Below the pieces are notes generated by a model. That model was given only the letters and a program-made list of their open reading frames with translations. It did no database searches and was not told the origin of the DNA. DNA of 57,364 nucleotides, the filler included, from Dugesia japonica (taxonomy: Eukaryota): assembly GCA_001938525.1 (NCBI GenBank). It is 5 parts of 5 records of this genome, joined end to end, with 100 filler letters (N's around TTAATTAATTAA, not from the genome) between each part and the next. Parts side by side here need not be neighbours in the genome. Positions count along the whole stretch, not along the records: positions 41,502 to 57,364 come from MQRL01384511.1; 4 more parts are not named here. One strand, 5' to 3'. Within the stretch, counting starts at the first letter, position 1. Each line of letters starts with the position of its first letter. The translations under genes were made by a program, and so were the position numbers. Shown one piece after another: positions 50,755-57,364 of the stretch.

Positions 50755-53700
50755 ATGTATTACAAATTTCATCTAGTTTTAATTGCGTATATTATGGAAT
50801 TTCAAACGGGATTATTTTTATTTACTTCTTATGAAATGAATTTTATTTTACGTATTCATAATCAAATTCGTAATAACGTAAAGCCACAGGCTGAAAACAT
50901 GACCAAAATGGTAAGACGATTTGAAATTAATAAATAATGCAATTTTTTATAAGTATTAATTTTAATATTTACATTTGTATATTAATCGGCATAAAAGAGT
51001 AATTAAGTATGTTTACTCCCGTAAAGATTTTATCCATTTCTAGGGTTCATCTATTTATAATAATATTTGTTATATTGAAATGTTTTCGTATGATTAAATT
51101 ATATCTTATATGCTCCCTCAATTAACTACAATGAATATTAGAACACAACACTCCGTGATTTCAAGATTAATCAAGAACATAATCAGTCAAACGTAATAGC
51201 GAACTTCTTATCCCTCCTGAAGCGCTGATCCTTGTGCTGCATAACCGTCTGATTCTGGGTACTTGGAAGATTTATTATCACTTTCTGTCTCACTGTTGTA
51301 AGTACTTTCATACCGCGTTCGTTTCTTCTCAACTGAGACAGGCTCACCGTACAAATTCTGCAAATGAAAAACGTGTCTTCAAATATTGTCATTATCCAGT
51401 TGCACGCCAACTGTGGAGTCTATTTTTGATATTTTATGTCGTGCCGTTTAAGGATCATTACATATACTCGTGTATCGTAAATATACCATATCGGTAATCT
51501 TAGACGGATTCTTGTTCAACTCTTGACGAGGATTATTTTCATAGCTATTTCGTTGGCTTGGCTTTGCAGAAGAATCAACTACGAGTTTTTTATTGATTAA
51601 TCGTGAAATACTAGCCAGTCCATTGTACCGTTACTAAACGGTTTACACTCTGCAAGGTTTACCCTTCTTTGTGACTATGATCTTTATTGTGTAATGCTTC
51701 ATTCATACATTTCATTTGCAGACAGTATACCGGTGTAAATTATTGAATAACATGCTAATTCTCCATCATCTTCTTCAACCTTGTTTGAAAAGAACTCATT
51801 TGGCGGACCAAAGTCAAAGAACACGCTTTTTGTCTGCTTTTGAACTTCTCTGGTTGTTTCACTCCTAAGATCTATTGAAATACAGTATATTGAATATGAA
51901 CAAATAAATGTTAAATATACTCTCCTTAAAAGTGTGTGATGTCACTATACTCTATATACCACACTATAGTCATGAAAAACTTCCCATGAAAGAATTTCTT
52001 TGGTATCGAACATGTTCACAGTTTTTTACAACATCCATCACCAATTGGATATCTACTTTTTTGTCCGAATACATTTTTTTGAACCATTTTGCCGTACTGT
52101 CCACTCTAAATTGACAAATTATGTACTTTCTTTTTCATCCTTAGAAACATTTGTAGATCTAATTACCTTCACAGCTTTCATAAAGCTAAGTTATTTCTTT
52201 GAAACCCTCGTCATTATATCACCATTATTTTGTTCTGACTTAGCCAAATCTACTTTAAAAATCCATAGTTTCTTAATCCTTTGATTTTTTTTCAAATTTC
52301 TAGCCGTTGATGAACTAACTGTGTGAGTCTTTACTGTGTGTGCCGTTATTTGAATTGAAAACTGACTTTAACCAACGATAAACCAGGATAGAATTCACCA
52401 CTAAGCGAAACGTTTTTAACCTTCATGTAATAACCATATTCACATCACGTAATAATTCGTCTAACTCAATAAGACTAATATGACTTGGGTCATTGTTCTT
52501 TAGTAGCTATGGTGTATCTTTTATTATTTCATTTAGGTAAAGCAAAATTTTACATTCATCCTTCAAATCTCCTGGCAGTGAGTCCTGCAACAACATTGAT
52601 AAAAATGGCATCTATAGGGTCGTGATTACAAGCAACTATCTTCAAACTTTTTTGATCTCTTCGATCTCTACATCAATCTTGTTACCGTCTATGATCATGC
52701 TCCTTGAATTTTTCGTGGGATCAACCAGTAATAAATACTTGTTTTTTGATCTTTTTCATTAATGATAACTTTGACGTTTTTTATAAGTGTTATTCTTACT
52801 CACCGTAAAATTCTCCATTGAGCAGTTAGGTTGATGGTAAAATTTGAGTGATAATATGTTTTTCAAAATTCAGTGGCGTGGTTCAAATCTTATGATTGGC
52901 CAGTTTTTTACACTTTTGTTTTTTAATTTTATTTCATTGAAGATCAAAACTTACGATTTTTAATCATGTTTTTCTTTCTTAACGTAAAATTATCTATCTA
53001 ATATGATCAAATTTTAGATACTTTTTATTTTTTGAAAATTCAGTAATGATGTTCGAATAATGTTCCTCGGGGAGACTCCGATTGTCTGGGAGAGCAACCA
53101 ATAAAGAGTACTTGTTTTTCGATTTATTTCATCACGGATAATGTTTGAAGATTTTAAGTTATGTTATTTTAATTCAACGACAATTTTTCTATCGAATAGA
53201 TGATCTGATTATAAATTATGATTTACTTTTTTTTTATAACTATCAAATTGGAAATTCCAATTAATTATTGAGAAATAAAAATCTTAACTTTTGTTGAAAA
53301 TAATTTGATTTCTCAGGTTTTACCGTTTATATTCTTGAATAGAGAGTACTGTTTCTGTACGCTCATATCTACCTACTTTCATCCACAACAATAATGTAAT
53401 AACAACCACATAAAATCACAAGATTCTTTAGTTACAACTTTATAGTTCTGTCTAAACCCTATAGAAAGTTTTTTTTCTCATTTATAGTCCTCCAAATTCG
53501 TTTAAATAAAAATGGTTATTTTGAAAATATTTAAAGGGGATAAAAATTATAGTTGAAACGATTTTAACATAAACGTTTAAAGGTTAGAAAAAATAATACA
53601 CACCAGGCAAACATATTTATACACACATTTTTATTATAAATAAAATTAAAAACTTATTAAACTTTTATAAAAGTATATTATACAGAATTTTATTTATTGA

Positions 53701-54170
53701 TTTATGGTTTTAATTTGACAAAATACATCTAAAGAATATTTACTTACGTACAGTGTGTCCTCCATTTCTTATAGCGATGGAATAAAACGCTTTCTGATTT
53801 GGCATTGGAATTTAGTAAAAAATGTTTATTGGATTTACCAAATGAAAATGATACTGAATATAATGAATACGGTCAAAATATTTATTTTTCTCGAATGTCA
53901 AAGTCTACTGTTGATGACATTAAGCTTGCTCTTGTATCTTGGAAAAAAGAAGAAAGTAATTTTATTTATCCATTTAAATGTACCAGTATTTGCAGTCATT
54001 TTACTCAGGTAATTTATATTTTATAAATTCAATTACTTGTTCTTATTAATTATATAGCTTATATGGTCTAATTCTGTTGAATTAGGTTGTGGAAATGATA
54101 TGTGCTTTGCAGAAAACTTGTCTCAACACAAAAAATGGCATGTTATTATAACATGTTTTTATTGGNCAAA
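50755..54170 (+). CDS. Secreted CAP/SCP/TAPS (venom allergen-like/GLIPR/PI16) protein, first three coding exons
   Basis: Exons 50755-50910 (signal-like start, ILRIHNQIRNNVKPQAENMTKM), 53775-54008 (RWNKTL..C..YGQNI..WKKE..CTSICSHFTQ), 54058-54170 (LIWSNSVELGCG..C..TCFYW); GT-AG, in phase; 3' exon not located. Confidence 0.9.
51900..52740 (-). mobile_element. Very decayed LTR-retrotransposon pol fragment in the CAP gene intron
   Basis: SHISLIELDELL..VNSILVYRWL (RNase H-like) and LVMDVVKNCEH (integrase ZnF-like). Confidence 0.35.
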
Positions 54171-54559
54171 GTATTTTTTAAATGTTTTTGTAGAAAAATA
54201 ATTAATTACATCTAAATTGATTGTTTAATTATTTTTAATTGAAAATTCAATTAAGTTGATTTGTTTAAAAAATAACGATTTATTTATTTTTTCAAATTAA
54301 TAAATGCTTATGGACAAACTTAGTGTTATTGGTTCAACTATTCAAAATCCAACAAATGTTTTCAGATATCACTCTTTCTTAACATATTTTATTCATATTG
54401 TTACAATCTTTTTTACATAATGAAAATGGAAACATGAAAGAAAATATCAATAATTCCTCAAAAATAAAAGTTTTAATGAATAAAATTTTTCGAAAAATAA
54501 ATTAGACGAACCTAAAGTCGTAATTTGCTGGCAGGAATGCCAGATGCCAGGGACAATCC

Positions 54560-55529
54560 AGTACAAGTAGTTAAATATAATAATTGTCTAAAGTAGTAAT
54601 AAGCATTTTCAAGAAATCTTTTGAACCACTCGAGGAATTTTAGACTTATGTGCTGGTATACTATCTTGTTGGAAGATGAAATGTCGTCAATTTATGACTT
54701 CCTTCATCCATAGTACGTCGTGGTATCTCAAAATGTCCATGTAAACATCTGTAGTCACCCTCAAGCTTTGTGGGGAAAATGTGGGGTCATGATATCTTTT
54801 TTATTGCTGATAACATTTAACACCATGACTGTAGCAGGAAATTTCGTTTTCATCACCATTGGGACTTTATCAACATTTTCACATAATCATCTGTTGTTTT
54901 TCTTATTGATTGTTTGGTCCTGCTGGAAAATCTTTTCATCGGAGAAAATATAAAAAGGCTTTTTACTTTTAGATTTTCAATGTTGATAGAAGTTTTTTTA
55001 CTTTTCTATATCGCCGTTTCTTTATCTTCCGTGTCATAAACTAGCTTTTTTAAGGACATATGATCTGCACCTGATATCTTCAGTGATAGTTTTACGAACA
55101 GTTGCACCCGATATTTGCAATTATCTGGTTATGGAGTGCATTGGTTTGCTTGAATCTTATCCTGAATTTTGTATACCATATCTACACTTTTTCGATTATT
55201 ACTATGCATTTTTCCCTATGCATTTTTCTTGTTGGTGTTGATACTTAAGGATCAGTTTCATACAGTTTTTAANGCAGTAGACTGTTCGTAAAGTGATATT
55301 ATTTAAGTTAACAATTTCTTCAGCAGTTAGCCCTGCACGCTGACCAGAGATTATGGTTTCTCTGAAATAAGATTCCTTCGAAATCATGTCTTAATTTTTT
55401 AATATAATATTGTATATATAAAATACTAAATCTTTAATTTTAATAAATAAGAAATATTTTTCAAATTTTATAAATAGCGCTTGAAAAAACAAAGTACAAA
55501 GTAATTGCAAATTTATCGAGCGCACCCTG
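54560..55529 (-). mobile_element. maT-like Tc1/mariner remnant, 3' truncated
   Basis: TA + TIR CAGGGTGCGCTCGATAAATTTGCAA; HTH GQRAGLTAEEIV..RTVY; IFSDEKIF, KTKFPATVMVL, FQQDSIPAHKS. Confidence 0.85.
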
Positions 55530-55569
55530 TATATATATATAAAATGAAAAAATGATTTCAAATTTATCT

Positions 55570-57345
55570 TTTTAATACATGTTTTGAACAAAACTATGTC
55601 CATCATCAGTTAGTGTCGTAAAATAAAAATAAATAAAACCTATTACGTAATCAATCCAATAAAATAAGATTAAAATAAATTTTAAAGTAAAAATGTGTCA
55701 ATCTGAGTATTAAGAATCAAATTGTGCACCCAATTCTCAAAGCCTCAGACGCAATTCTTTCAAAATAGTCACCAAAATCGATGTTCAAAACTGTAAAGTC
55801 ATCGTTGCTAATTTTACGTTTTCTATTTTTGCAGCAACAGGCATGATCTAAAACCTAACTTTTTTTACTCAATTGCATATGCTCACTAACACATGTGCAA
55901 AAATGACGTTTTGTCTCGCCAGTGTACGTGGCATCACACCCGTTACAATTAAATTGATAAATTAGGCTTCAAGGCTTTTGGTGTAGTAGATTTGTCGGTT
56001 AAATAACTGGAAGTGTTTCTTTGAAATGAAAATTAATCTAAATTTATTATCATCAAAATATTTCATGAGTAAACATTTTAATGATTTAGCTCCTTCCAAG
56101 AATGGTAGTTTTTTATAGTTTTATTATTTCTTGATTATTGTTAATGTTTTCTTTTTAGTTGTTATTTGATGTTAAGTACAGTTTTTTAAAGTACTCCATA
56201 TATTATTATAAATAGTTTTTTGATTATATCCATTAGCTCAAAGACTACTGTTTAATCTGCTAAGACCATCATCAGCAATCTCAAAATTTGAAGATATACA
56301 CACCACTCTGTGAACTAAAGCTTTTGTTAATCCATTTTTATAGCGATCATCATAAAAACATTTAAGCGTCTGTCTGTTGATTTTATATAGATTGCAGTAT
56401 TATAGCTACGACCTTGTCTACAAAAACAATATCTAAGAATGATAGTCTACCCTATTTTTAAATTTATTTAGTGAATTTCATATTTTGATGATGACTGTTC
56501 ATATAATCAAGAAAAGGTAATATATCATCTTTATCTTGAAAATAAGGAATATATCATCAATTGTATTCTATTGGTTGATTTCCAGAAAAATTAGTAACTC
56601 ATGATTCAATTTTAGACAAAAATAATGATGCTAATGTTGGTGCAAATGGAGAACCAATTGTAACACCATCTTTTTGAGTAAAAAAATCATTATTGAATAA
56701 AAGGTTAATATCTTTACAACAAAATGTCAACAGTTCCCTTATGGCTATTTCATTGAATTTATAGTTTAAATTCATGTAATGATTTGCCCAGAGATTTACA
56801 CATGTATCGATGGTCTCATTTATAGNAACCTTTGTGAACAGACTAACTATATCAAAAGAAACCATAATTTCCTTATCTGAGATCAGTTGTTTATTTTTCA
56901 AGCAATTTATGAATTCAAAAGAATCTTTACATTCTTTATCATTGCATATTAATGATTTAATCATTTTGTCAAATATTTTAGCAACTTTGTATTGCGCTTT
57001 GTTTATCATTGATAAAACTAGTCTTAAAGGGATGTCAGTTTTATGTACTTTTGGTAGGCCACAAAGCTTTGCAGGCTGACTTCTGTAGCATATCATAAAA
57101 TTTGAAACTAAACTATCTATGTGATTTCATTTTTGAATTTTTAATAATTGGCTTTAAGATTTGCGTTGCATAATTCGATTCTTGATACTCAGATTGACAC
57201 ACACTACTTTTAAAATTGTGTTAATCTTCTTTAATTGGATTGATTACTTAAGAAGTTTTATTGACCAGTATATAAACAATTTCTTTCTTATTTTACAACA
57301 CTAACTAATGATGGACATAGTTTTGTTCAAAACATGTATTAAAAA
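55570..57345 (-). mobile_element. Penelope-like retroelement (RT + GIY-YIG), 5' truncated, flanked by inverted pLTR copies
   Basis: LCGLPKVHKTDIPLR, VSFDIVSLFT, QKDGVTIGSP; GIY-YIG LIYQFNCNGCDATYTGETKR..EH (55870-55965); 55570-55744 inverted at 57150-57345. Confidence 0.9.
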
Positions 57346-57364
57346 TAAAAATTTCAAATATTTC

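Overview
AT-rich, intron-containing animal genomic DNA from a gappy draft assembly. It is consistent with an invertebrate such as a flatworm, but the taxon cannot be fixed from the sequence. The window is not contiguous: four artificial N44-TTAATTAATTAA-N44 linkers split it into five unrelated scaffolds. Scaffold 1 (1-9561) holds a decayed Polinton/Maverick (adintovirus-like) endogenous virus: zinc-finger-pPolB, penton, adenain protease, fibre-like, 2-TM protein and A32-like ATPase. It carries a heptamer array and recurrent GCGAAGC-type hairpins. Scaffold 2 (9662-20720) holds a second, divergent and rearranged relative with a full-length pPolB. It abuts a Gypsy-type element with an unusual order: gag knuckles, ubiquitin-like domain, chuvirus-like glycoprotein, protease, integrase, with the glycoprotein in frame with Pol. 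Scaffold 3 has one P4-ATPase exon plus nested Gypsy, maT, rosa and MITE-like remnants. Scaffold 4 has an intact 7-exon host gene (999 aa) joining a THAP domain to a tesmin/LIN-54 CXC-hinge-CXC domain. Scaffold 5 has a third, integrase-bearing Maverick remnant, a CAP/SCP host gene, a maT remnant and a Penelope element. Family calls come from motif recognition by eye; no database search was run.
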